Positions 9,681 to 18,439 of a stretch of 32,000 bases of DNA are shown piece after piece. Source of the stretch: Methanothermobacter thermautotrophicus str. Delta H (lineage in GTDB: Archaea; Methanobacteriota; Methanobacteria; Methanobacteriales; Methanothermobacteraceae); contig NC_000916.1 in the NCBI RefSeq assembly GCF_000008645.1, positions 60,001 through 92,000 of the forward strand. The letters are read 5' to 3'. The notes beneath the pieces are model-generated. The model did not search any database. It was not told the DNA's origin and saw nothing but the letters and a program-made list of their open reading frames with translations. Made by a program: the position numbers and the translations under genes. The number at the start of each line of letters is the position of its first letter. Positions within the stretch are counted from its first letter, which is position 1.

Positions 9681-10118
9681 ATGTTCAGAAAACCATTTTC
9701 ATACGGTCAAAATGGAAAAAGATTCAAGGGGCCTGAAATGATTAGGAAATCCTTAAATTACTCCAGAATTGATGAAGAATACTCTTTAATGTTAAGAACA
9801 GCTGTTGAACACCTTAGAACTGCGGGATATAATTTAAAGATAAATAACGGTAAAAGAAAGTTAAGGCCAAGAACTTTAAAGGGTTTTGTCCCGGATATTC
9901 GTGCATTAAATGACTCAGACGAAATTCTGGTCGATATAGCCTCCGATGCACCTGATATCAGGAAATGGAGAAGATTTGCGTACACCGATGGTGTGAGATT
10001 ATGGATCATAGCGCCCCGGAGTTCAGTGGATTCTGTGAAAACCTGTGTTGAGACATTCTCCATACCTGCGGAGGTCTACTCATGTAACGGCACAATGAAG
10101 CTGAGGCGTGTTTTATAG
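9681..10118 (+). CDS. Hypothetical protein, possibly a degenerate PD-(D/E)xK-like fold
   Basis: 145 aa. GFVPDIRALNDSDEILVDIASDAPDIRKWRRFAYTDGVRLWIIAP resembles the nuclease-fold pattern but lacks a clear (D/E)xK lysine. A TATA-like AT-rich stretch lies upstream. Confidence 0.6.
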   Translation: MFRKPFSYGQNGKRFKGPEMIRKSLNYSRIDEEYSLMLRTAVEHLRTAGYNLKINNGKRKLRPRTLKGFVPDIRALNDSDEILVDIASDAPDIRKWRRFAYTDGVRLWIIAPRSSVDSVKTCVETFSIPAEVYSCNGTMKLRRVL

Positions 10119-10598
10119 TTTTTTGCAGTGGACTGGCAATGGTTGTCATCACAGGACATCAGTAACTTCATTATCTGCGAGGTCACTGAAACTCATATAT
10201 GGGTCTGTGCTCCCTTCGGCTGCGGCGGATCCCCATTGTGCCCCATTTTTTGGGATTGCAGCGATGAGGAAGGATTAAGACATTTTGTATCCTTTACTGA
10301 ATTCGTTTTTATTTTTTTAATCTTTCTCTCTATATGCACAACCTTTCCAGGAAGTTCTTTATTTGATGTCGGTTGATGCATCCTTTGCAGAATAAAGGTA
10401 TTCGCTGTAATGGCTGAATTAAATGAGACAGGGCGTCTGAAAATAAATATGGCTGGTATAGTCGGCATTTAATTTAAATAAGACACGTTTATAGATGCAT
10501 CCTCCTTTTTCACTGGATTTTTTTGTCTCATAGATAGACGCAAAGGTTTTATACAGGGTCATCCAATCAATTTACAGAACTTTTTATTTGAGGTTAAC

Positions 10599-11165
10599 AT
10601 GAGGACCATCCTTATAATTCTGATTCTGGTTCTTTCAGCAATGCAGGTTCAGGGTGCATCTGCATGGTCAGTGAAGAACCATCATGACATTGCAGAGAAG
10701 GTATACAGTGAAATGCCAGAGGACGTGAGGAACAGGATGAGCCTTGATGAAATGAAGAATGGCGCTGATGATCCTGACACGGTATTCCTTGACTTTAAGT
10801 ACCATGTGTATCCATACAATCTTGAAAAGGCTAATTTCTGGTTGAATCAGGGAAAAATAAGTTACGATGCAGGGAACTACCGCTATGCAAGTTACTGTTA
10901 TGGGGTTGCAAGTCACTACATCTCCGATGGCATCTGCGGTCCCCACACATCCTCAGGATCCAGCAGATACCTCCACACGCTCTACGAGATAAGGGCGATA
11001 CTCCTTGAACCCCACATGGTTGCTGTGGACGGTGACCAGTCACTGGAGGCAGAGAGCCTCTGGAGGGCATGGGTCATTGATGGTGACGACTCCCACATCT
11101 CAGAGGCCATCGACCTGGCCTGCAGTGTATCCTACCAGCAGATTATGACTTCCATCGAGTCCTGA
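10599..11165 (+). CDS. Secreted zinc-dependent phospholipase C-like protein
   Basis: Signal peptide, then WSVKNHHDIAEKVYSEMPEDVRNRM..NGADDPD..DFKYHVYP..ASYCYGVASHYISDGICGPHTSS. The ordered His/Asp residues fit the ZnDPC_S1P1/PLC family. Confidence 0.8.
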   Translation: MRTILIILILVLSAMQVQGASAWSVKNHHDIAEKVYSEMPEDVRNRMSLDEMKNGADDPDTVFLDFKYHVYPYNLEKANFWLNQGKISYDAGNYRYASYCYGVASHYISDGICGPHTSSGSSRYLHTLYEIRAILLEPHMVAVDGDQSLEAESLWRAWVIDGDDSHISEAIDLACSVSYQQIMTSIES

Positions 11166-11213
11166 ACCATTGATTGATGGAATCATAGGGACCCCTTCAG
11201 AACAGCATACCCC

Positions 11214-11708
11214 CTAACCAAAGGTTGAGGATATCCAGTCCCCTGCATAGTGTGTTATTACTATGATCATGATGGCTGTTGCAATATGTTCCAGCAGAAC
11301 CCTTCCTGGAGGAACATTCCGGGACCTTGCGATATGAAAACTCAGAACCGTCAGAAGAAGAAGACCCCATATAATGGATACGATAATAGCCAGTGTTAAA
11401 TCGAGAGTAAGAACTGGAACAAGAAAGGTGAGGGCGAATAAAAATTTACTGATGAATGTTGCAAGGGTGGATTCCCAGATCTCTCCCTCTGTGTGAACAT
11501 TCTCTGCCTCCTCAGAGATGTGTATACCCATTGCATCTGAGAAGGCATCAGCTATTGCTATTGTAAGGACTCCGCCAATAACAGCAAGTCTTGAATGGGT
11601 ACCTGAATGCAGTCCAACCATGAGGCCGAGGGTTGTTATTATGGCCGAGGTGAGACCAAAGCTCAGCCCTGTTTTCAGAGAATGTTTCATAATATTCCGG
11701 TAATTCAC
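11214..11708 (-). CDS. VIT1/CCC1-like membrane protein
   Basis: TM protein SFGLTSAIITTLGLMVGLHSGTHSRLAVIGGVLTIAIADAFSDAMGIHISEEAENVHTEGEIWESTLATFISK. The GTG start overlaps the stop of the upstream rSAM gene by one base (TAGTG). Confidence 0.75.
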   Translation of the reverse strand: MNYRNIMKHSLKTGLSFGLTSAIITTLGLMVGLHSGTHSRLAVIGGVLTIAIADAFSDAMGIHISEEAENVHTEGEIWESTLATFISKFLFALTFLVPVLTLDLTLAIIVSIIWGLLLLTVLSFHIARSRNVPPGRVLLEHIATAIMIIVITHYAGDWISSTFG

Positions 11709-12834
11709 TACTTCATCATTATATCAAGGACACCGGGCCTTTTAGTCTTCTTATTACCTCCAAGGATTCCGGATTCAAGGAATTCCCTGTTGGCCCTCCT
11801 GTTGATTTCGGCGAAGATCATCTTGTAGGCCTCGCACTGGTGGTCAACACCGTCTATCTCCATTTCACCATCCCTGATGGTGATTGCATTGTAGGGGCAC
11901 CCACCGAGACAGAACCTGTAGAAGTCACAGTCGCCACATTCCTCATCAACAAGTTCCCTCCATTCATAGAGCCTCCTTAGGGCTTCACTCTCCTCAAGAT
12001 CCTCCATTGAGGGCCTTTCAGCCACATTACCCATTATGTAGTCCTTCATACCAACGAAGCGATAGCATGGGTATATATCACCGTAGGGGTCAACTGCGAA
12101 GGTGTTGCCCACACAATCAGCATGTGTACATACAACCCCCTTCTGAGGAATGCGCTCTTTGCAAAGTGGTCTATGTTCTGTATCTCGATCTCACCGAAGT
12201 GCTCAAGGTAGCTGTCAAGGAGATACAGGAGCAGGTCACCGTACTCCTCGGCGGTTATGGCCCACTCCTCAGGGTCTGAACTCTTCAGGGATGGCAGGGC
12301 AGGGTGCAGCTTCAGGTTCATACCGTTCTCCAGGAAGAAGTTGAATATCTCCTCCCTCCTCCTTATCGAATAGGATGTGAAGGTGCTTATGAAGCTCACC
12401 CGAAGCCCATGCTTCCTTGCTATCTCATAGCCCTGCATGGTCCTATCAAAGTACCCATCGCCCCTCTGGTAATCATTTATCTCCCTTGGACCGTCGAGGC
12501 TTGAACCGATGGGTATGCTGTATTCTGCGAAGAGTTCCGCCATTTCATCGGTCATCAACCAGAGGTTCGTCTGGATGGCGAAGGCAGGCTTGAGGAATGA
12601 AAGCCTCTCAGATATTAGCTTGAGGGTGTCGCGGTAGAATTCGTATCCCGCAAGGAGCGGTTCCCCTCCATGGAATGTGAAGGTTGCAGGTTCATTTCTG
12701 AATTCCATAAGCCAGGAGACCATCTCCCTCACGGTTTCCATGTCCATAACCCTGGAGTCCCTGTCAACGCCCCAGCAGTAGCTGCAGTCTGAGGGACAGT
12801 TCATGGATGGTATTATCATGACATGGAATGCCAT
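11708..12834 (-). CDS. Radical SAM/SPASM peptide-maturase-like enzyme, interrupted by an apparent 1-nt deletion in the C5 run at 12136-12140
   Basis: The N-terminal ORF (12046..12834) has the rSAM motif NCPSDCSYC. The C-terminal ORF (11708..12112) has the SPASM Cys set (YPCYRF...CGDCDFYRFCLGGCPYN...HQCEAYK). Adding one base joins them as RRGVVCTHADCVGNTFAVDPYGDIYPCYRF. Confidence 0.88.
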
Positions 12835-12842
12835 AAAACCAC

Positions 12843-12995
12843 CTAATCTGCGGTCTCAAAGATGTGGCCGCATTTCTCACAGACTATCTCCTTCATGGAC
12901 GTCCTTGACTTGTGCTCATCCATGAATCTCCTCTTAACTACCTTGTCCCTGCAGCCACAGACAGGACACTTACTTAAAAACTCCTCCATTTTCAT
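12843..12995 (-). CDS. Small Cys-rich protein (50 aa), not in the ORF track
   Basis: Manual translation: MKMEEFLSKCPVCGCRDKVVKRRFMDEHKSRTSMKEIVCEKCGHIFETAD*. It lies 8 nt upstream of the rSAM start. Confidence 0.85.
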   Translation of the reverse strand: MKMEEFLSKCPVCGCRDKVVKRRFMDEHKSRTSMKEIVCEKCGHIFETAD

Positions 12996-12997
12996 GT

Positions 12998-13198
12998 CTA
13001 GACCTCTATTATCTCCTCAACAACATACTTACCGCCGCAGGGGCACTCCTCTATCCTGTCACCCAGGTGGTAGGGAGGGGTTTTACCCTCAACCTCAAGG
13101 GTTCTCTTTGCCCTGCAGAGGTCACAGTATGCAGTGACTATCCACATCATGTAAATTAGATATAGAAGCTCCGATATATAAGATATCAGGGGGGTCAT
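12998..13198 (-). CDS. Small Cys-rich protein
   Basis: ...MMWIVTAYCDLCRAKRTLEVEGKTPPYHLGDRIEECPCGGKYVVEEIIEV*. The true start may be an internal Met. Its stop is 2 nt before the next small gene. Confidence 0.75.
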   Translation of the reverse strand: MTPLISYISELLYLIYMMWIVTAYCDLCRAKRTLEVEGKTPPYHLGDRIEECPCGGKYVVEEIIEV

Positions 13199-13201
13199 AC
13201 C

Positions 13202-13771
13202 TTGGTTGAGAGTCCTGAATACACCGTTGAACTGAAGGATGGTAAATTTGAGATAAGAAGGTACCCTGGCTATATACTTGCACAGGTTGACGTTGAAGCC
13301 AGTTTCAGGGACGCCATGGTCATAGGCTTTTCTATTCTTGCAAACTACATATTTGGTGGTAACCGGCGGAAGGAGGAACTTCCAATGACATCACCTGTAA
13401 CCGGTGTTAACCTGGGCTCCTCTGAGAGGATACCCATGAAGGTCCCTGTGACAGAGGAGGTCCCGGATGATGCTGATTCAGGGAAATACAGAATATCATT
13501 CACGATGCCATCATCATACACCCTTGAAACTCTCCCGGAGCCACTTGATGACAGAATTAGATTTCGCGAAGAGAAGGATCAACGTTTTGCAGCCTACAGG
13601 TTCTCGGGGAGGGTTAACAGTGATATGGCAGCTCAAAGGATAGCTGAACTTAAAGAATGGCTTGAAAGGAATTCAATTGAACCAAGATCAAACTTCATAA
13701 TAGCACAGTACAATCACCCGGCCGTCCCTGGCTTTTTGAGGAAAAATGAGGTTCTTGTGAAGATAGATTGA
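13202..13771 (+). CDS. SOUL-family heme-binding protein
   Basis: ESPEYTVELKDGKFEIRRYPGYILAQVDVEA..GFSILANYIFGGNRRKEELPMTSPV..ISFTMPSSYTLETLPEPLDDRI is classic SOUL/HEBP. Confidence 0.92.
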   Translation: MVESPEYTVELKDGKFEIRRYPGYILAQVDVEASFRDAMVIGFSILANYIFGGNRRKEELPMTSPVTGVNLGSSERIPMKVPVTEEVPDDADSGKYRISFTMPSSYTLETLPEPLDDRIRFREEKDQRFAAYRFSGRVNSDMAAQRIAELKEWLERNSIEPRSNFIIAQYNHPAVPGFLRKNEVLVKID

Positions 13772-13838
13772 ATTTCTATTCGGTGGAAAAACCGGGAACG
13801 ATTTTTTCTGGAGATAGATTGAATTCCATGGTGATCTA

Positions 13839-14582
13839 ATGAATGAAATTGAGAGGAATCGTTACTTCCTCAAGGACAGCATAAGGAAAAGGGTGGATTT
13901 TTCAAGAACACCCCAGAGTATGGGGGTTGAAGCCCCGCCCTTTGAGAAGCCCTGGGATCCTGATTCAGAGAGGTTAAACCTTCCAGTGAGGGACTGGGCA
14001 GAGTTAATCGATGCAAACATTGTAACCTGCATAAGAAACCGCAGGAGCCGCAGGAGCTACCTTGACACACCCCTGGGCCTTGATGAACTTTCATTCCTTC
14101 TATGGGCCACCCAGGGCATAAGGATCATCGCAGGCGACACAGCATTCAGGAATGTGCCATCTGCGGGATGCAGGCACACCTTTGAGACATACCTTGCAGT
14201 CTTCAATGTTGAGGGCCTTGACACAGGACTCTACAGGTACATACCTTCAACCCACCAGCTGATGGTCGAGTACCGTGATGAGAGCCTCCCCCAGAGGATC
14301 ATAGAGGCCACCTTTAACCAGAGATTCACAGGAAATTCTGCAGTGACCTTCATCTGGACAACAGTACCCTACAGGATGGAGTGGAGGTATGGTCTTGCAG
14401 CCCACAGGGTGATCCTCATGGACGCGGGTCATGTCTGCCAGAACCTCTACCTTGCCTGTGAGGCCATAGGAGCAGGTACCTGTGCAGTTGGAGCCTATGA
14501 CCAGGAATACCTTGATGAGGTCCTTGGAGTTGACGGGGTGGATGAATTTGCCATTTACCTGGCCCCGGTGGGTAAGATTTAA
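13839..14582 (+). CDS. SagB/ThcOx-type nitroreductase-family oxidoreductase
   Basis: NRRSRRSYLDTPLGLDELSFLLWATQG..FRNVPSAGCRHTFETYLAVFNVEGLDTGLYRY..DAGHVCQNLYLACEAIGAGTCAVGAYDQE. Confidence 0.88.
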   Translation: MNEIERNRYFLKDSIRKRVDFSRTPQSMGVEAPPFEKPWDPDSERLNLPVRDWAELIDANIVTCIRNRRSRRSYLDTPLGLDELSFLLWATQGIRIIAGDTAFRNVPSAGCRHTFETYLAVFNVEGLDTGLYRYIPSTHQLMVEYRDESLPQRIIEATFNQRFTGNSAVTFIWTTVPYRMEWRYGLAAHRVILMDAGHVCQNLYLACEAIGAGTCAVGAYDQEYLDEVLGVDGVDEFAIYLAPVGKI

Positions 14583-14610
14583 AAAAATAGGGGGGATGTG
14601 CAGCTGATTT

Positions 14611-15627
14611 CTAGACCTTGACTGATGATGGTAGCTGCATTTTTTTCTTTGAGGTATGTGTCCTTGTAATCTTTGAGTATATCCTGAGCAGATCCCTGTA
14701 TCCTATTATTTTACCCCTGAACCTGATATAATTTGGTGCTTTGAGGTATTTTCTCATGTACCTGTTAACATCTGCTGCCAGGGCCCTGTATTCCTTCCTT
14801 GAGATGTAGCCATGGAATGTGCTCTTCACACCAGCGTTTGATGGCCCCCTGACCTTGATGGGCCTTATGGGGCCGTTCATGTAATCTGTTACCATGAGAA
14901 GGAATCTGGCTGGAGTGTAACCTGAGTAACTACCTTTGAGCTTCCTGCCCCGCAGGATGTCCCTGTAGATTCCATCTGCAGTATATGCCATCCTTGCAGG
15001 GTCAATGCTGTGGTAGGCTATGAGTTTGCTGTTATAGAATCTACCCTTCCTCTGGAGCATCTCAGGGGTTTCATTGAGCATTCGAAGGATCTCTGATGCA
15101 ACGAAGCGACACTTATCCTCCCAGGAACAGCCCGCACAGTCAACGTTTGGCTGTATGATCCTCACACCAGCTGATGTCAGAAATCTGTAGGGGGACACTA
15201 TGCCTGCGAAGTATCTGCTTGAGAAGTTATCATCCCATGCTCTTCTGAGGAATGTGGTCTTTTTGAGGTCAAGGCTGCCTGTGTTAACGAATATCACACC
15301 CTTACCTGTTGATGCAGCCATCCTGGCAACATCCGTCATGGCGCCGGGGCAGGATGCTGCAAGATAGACTGCAACGCCACCCTCACGGGCGCACTTAACA
15401 GCACGATAACCCTCCCCTGGTTTTGGAGCCAGGGGGTCCACTGTAACATTGTGTTCACTCTCATTCTCGATGCAGGTCTTGATAATGTTGAGACTCTCAA
15501 TGTCAGCGGAACGGTTTCCGGATATGCAGTCTGAGGTCAGGAATATGTCCGCTGCAGTGGCATCACCGACACTCACTGAAATAAAAAGTATCACCGCACC
15601 CAGCAGCATAATTCTATTGAATTGCAA
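14611..15627 (-). CDS. Secreted protein with C-terminal pseudomurein-binding-type repeat
   Basis: Signal peptide MQFNRIMLLGAVILFISVSVGDATA. The C-terminal EYRALAADVNRYMRKYLKAPNYIRFRGKIIGYRDLLRIYSKI resembles PF09373. Confidence 0.75.
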   Translation of the reverse strand: MQFNRIMLLGAVILFISVSVGDATAADIFLTSDCISGNRSADIESLNIIKTCIENESEHNVTVDPLAPKPGEGYRAVKCAREGGVAVYLAASCPGAMTDVARMAASTGKGVIFVNTGSLDLKKTTFLRRAWDDNFSSRYFAGIVSPYRFLTSAGVRIIQPNVDCAGCSWEDKCRFVASEILRMLNETPEMLQRKGRFYNSKLIAYHSIDPARMAYTADGIYRDILRGRKLKGSYSGYTPARFLLMVTDYMNGPIRPIKVRGPSNAGVKSTFHGYISRKEYRALAADVNRYMRKYLKAPNYIRFRGKIIGYRDLLRIYSKITRTHTSKKKMQLPSSVKV

Positions 15628-15748
15628 GTTACCACCTGTATAAAGTTTTATCCGGAGCTTTTAAGTATTTTTCTCGGAAGATTTATATAAAATGAAATTC
15701 TACATTCTACTCCCGATTTTTTCTTCATGTGATCTTTAAGGTGATAAT

Positions 15749-15925
15749 TTGGTTCCTGAGATAAAACAGAAGTGTCTGATATGCGGAAAGCCATGGATGG
15801 ATGGAAATGATACCTGTCCCCACTGTGGCAGCAAAAATAAAACCGCAAGCATAGATCCAGCAGATGATCTTGAACTACTGAGGTCTCTTAACAGCATTCT
15901 CAAAAAAGAAAGGGTTTCGGAGTAA
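15749..15925 (+). CDS. Small zinc-ribbon protein (58 aa, TTG start), not in the ORF track
   Basis: Manual translation: (M)VPEIKQKCLICGKPWMDGNDTCPHCGSKNKTASIDPADDLELLRSLNSILKKERVSE*. SD-like AAGGTGAT lies just upstream, with an in-frame stop immediately upstream. Confidence 0.65.
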   Translation: MVPEIKQKCLICGKPWMDGNDTCPHCGSKNKTASIDPADDLELLRSLNSILKKERVSE

Positions 15926-15980
15926 ATCCGAATACATTTTATCTTTTATTTTAGCAAAGAAAGGGAATTAGATTCTGGAA

Positions 15981-16967
15981 CTATTCTATATACTGTTTGA
16001 CGTTTTCCCTCACTATGGCTGAAGCACCAAAGCCCTTTATTTCCTCGAGCATTTCAGGGAATCTGCTCTTATCTATGAGGACGTTCACCTGTGAAAATTC
16101 CCTTCCACGCACCACGGTTGGTTCATCTGAACAGTACTTCATCCTCACCAGAAACTCAACCACATCATCTGCACGGTGGTTGGCTATGTTGAACTTGACA
16201 TCAAAGTAGTTCCTTGCCTTGGTGGCACCGTAAAGCTGCTTGAATATCATTTCAGCCTTCTCAAGTTTCTCACCTGTGCAGGATGGACCAGCGTAGAGCC
16301 CTGCACTTGATTCCATGATGGTGTCAATTATTTTAAGGCCGGCCTTCCTGAGGCTGCTGCCGGTCTGGGTGTTGTCCACTATGAGGTCGGCGCCCTTGGC
16401 GATGTACACCTCTGTGGCCCCATCAGAGTTTATTATCTGGACCATCTCATTGTCACCGTCACGCAGCCCCCTTATCTGGACCACGGGTTTGCTGTCCCCG
16501 AAGAGTTCCCTGTAGCCAGGATTCTTCATGAAAAAGTCCCTTGTGAGGTTCGGGTACTCTGTGAAGCACAGCAATGGTCTTTCCCTGCCGGAATTTTTGA
16601 GGAAAAAGTCCTCAAGGGACCGGTATGGCTCCTCCTGGGGTACTGCGACTATCAGCCTCGTCTGACCGTAATCGAGGTCGCCTATCTTCTTTATGGATCC
16701 ATTGCCACTGTTTATGGATTCCTCACGGACCCAGTCCTCTCCTATTATGGCTATATCAAGCATCTCACGGTTCAGTTCGACGGGGGCACTCTGGGGCCTT
16801 GTGAGGTATGCCTTTATTTCAGGATCATTTGTTATCTCTATTTCATTCTCTTCGCGTCCTGGTTCGTATCCCTTAACCTCATAACCTGCATCCCTGAATA
16901 GTCTGTATGTGTTTCCACGGTTAACATTATTTAAACTACCCTTGGGTAATCCAAGAACTATCTTCAT
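15981..16967 (-). CDS. HisG-like (ATP phosphoribosyltransferase-related) protein
   Basis: [90 protein letters not shown] precedes ATG at 16967, so I prefer it to the longer ORF. Confidence 0.8.
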   Translation of the reverse strand: MKIVLGLPKGSLNNVNRGNTYRLFRDAGYEVKGYEPGREENEIEITNDPEIKAYLTRPQSAPVELNREMLDIAIIGEDWVREESINSGNGSIKKIGDLDYGQTRLIVAVPQEEPYRSLEDFFLKNSGRERPLLCFTEYPNLTRDFFMKNPGYRELFGDSKPVVQIRGLRDGDNEMVQIINSDGATEVYIAKGADLIVDNTQTGSSLRKAGLKIIDTIMESSAGLYAGPSCTGEKLEKAEMIFKQLYGATKARNYFDVKFNIANHRADDVVEFLVRMKYCSDEPTVVRGREFSQVNVLIDKSRFPEMLEEIKGFGASAIVRENVKQYIE

Positions 16968-17019
16968 AGCTTTCACCTCCAGTATGATGGTTGATTGAGT
17001 CCTAAATCCCTTCCGGAGC

Positions 17020-17529
17020 CTACCATTTTTCCAGGTGTATCCTGTCCGGGTCAAAGAGGTCCCTTGTGCCGGGGTTTTCAGCAGGGTAGCCCAGAGGTAT
17101 CACTGAGAAGGGGATCACGTGTTCCGGGATACTGAAGAGCCTCCTTATACCCTCAACACGATCTTCGAGGGGGTAAACCCCTGTCCATACAGCACCTAGA
17201 CCAAGGGAGTGGGCTGCAAGGAGTATGTTCTGTGATGCGATGGAGCAGTCCTGCACCCAGAATCCAGGGATCTTTTCCAGGCTGCTATCGCAGCATACTA
17301 TGATTGCTACGGGGGCGTCCTTCACCATTGCCCCGTAGGGGTGGACCTCAGGTATCTTCTCAAGCATCTCCCTGTTCCTCACAACTATGAAATGCCATGG
17401 TCTCTCGTCGACGGCTGAGGGGCCACACATGGCTGCATCGAGTATCTTATCTATGAGCTCTTCTGGCACCTCTCTGTCCTGGTACTTTCTTATGCTCCGC
17501 CTTGTTTTGATTGCTTCGAGGACATCCAT
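17020..17529 (-). CDS. Nitroreductase family protein
   Basis: [50 protein letters not shown]... is canonical. The start was refined to 17529. Confidence 0.92.
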   Translation of the reverse strand: MDVLEAIKTRRSIRKYQDREVPEELIDKILDAAMCGPSAVDERPWHFIVVRNREMLEKIPEVHPYGAMVKDAPVAIIVCCDSSLEKIPGFWVQDCSIASQNILLAAHSLGLGAVWTGVYPLEDRVEGIRRLFSIPEHVIPFSVIPLGYPAENPGTRDLFDPDRIHLEKW

Positions 17530-17616
17530 TTTACTCACCTTACCATCTATATGGACCGTGACCTTTATATGTTGGGAGGTCCATAATAGTTTCATAGACT
17601 ACGAACGAGTGATCGT

Positions 17617-17841
17617 ATGAAGGTTGAGGATCTGAAAAAGCCATGCCCGGAATGTGGAGAGGTCGATAAGGACGTTTCAACAGTGAGAAATCCCCAGAAC
17701 AGGGATAAACTCAGGGAGGCAGGCATCCCTGAGGACCAGGAGATTGTGGGGGCAATAAAATGCAGCAGATGTGGATATGTCTTTGAATACTGTGAGGGGG
17801 GAAGCTGCAAAATAGAGGTCAAAAAGATTTCAATTGATTGA
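17617..17841 (+). CDS. Small zinc-ribbon-like protein
   Basis: MKVEDLKKPCPECGEVDKDVSTVRNPQNRDKLREAGIPEDQEIVGAIKCSRCGYVFEYCEGGSC... Confidence 0.8.
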   Translation: MKVEDLKKPCPECGEVDKDVSTVRNPQNRDKLREAGIPEDQEIVGAIKCSRCGYVFEYCEGGSCKIEVKKISID

Positions 17842-17844
17842 GGG

Positions 17845-18312
17845 TTAAAGGTACACTCCCCTCATGAATCTGAGTATTCCCCCTAAGGGAGAATCCTCCT
17901 TATCCTCCTCTATCTTCAGTTTCATGACAAAGTCTGAGAGCCAGTCTGCAAGTCTGTATCTTCTGAGGTCTGAGGGCTCAACCCAGGCAAAGCCCTCATG
18001 TTCATGGCTGAGTTTCACACTGCCCTCTGCCCTGCACCTGATTATGATATGGGCCGCGTTGATCACCGGAAATTTCTGTTCAACAACACCCATAACCTCT
18101 TCAGGGATAATTTCAAGGTTTGTTTCTTCCTTAACTTCCCTTTTAAGGGCTTCTTCCAGTGATTCGCCTGTACCGATCTTTCCACCGGGAAGCTCCCACC
18201 TGGAGGCGTTGGTCTTTGAATCAGAGGCTCTCTTGATCAGGAGGACCCTTCCATCATCGTCTTCAATGAAGGCCCTCACAGCAAGGATATAAACACTTCC
18301 GACCATAGGCAT
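17845..18312 (-). CDS. NUDIX hydrolase
   Basis: Nudix box GKIGTGESLEEALKREVKEETNLEI. Confidence 0.93.
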   Translation of the reverse strand: MPMVGSVYILAVRAFIEDDDGRVLLIKRASDSKTNASRWELPGGKIGTGESLEEALKREVKEETNLEIIPEEVMGVVEQKFPVINAAHIIIRCRAEGSVKLSHEHEGFAWVEPSDLRRYRLADWLSDFVMKLKIEEDKEDSPLGGILRFMRGVYL

Positions 18313-18439
18313 TCCTCATCCATGATTGGGGTTCAGGACATATAAATGGATCAGTGGTTCAATTCTGGGAGGTGGTCTATTTCCACAGCCAGAGAGTCCT
18401 GGAGATATAATGGACCAGCACTTCAGGTGAACGGACCGC

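Noticed and set aside
10128-10468. Overlapping ORFs on both strands between the 9681-10118 gene and the phospholipase-like gene
   Set aside because: Atypical composition, no motif, and mutually overlapping. More likely an untranslated spacer, though small RNAs cannot be excluded.
12862-13137. Plus-strand 91-aa ORF
   Set aside because: It is antisense to two tightly packed minus-strand Cys-rich genes whose translations look biological.
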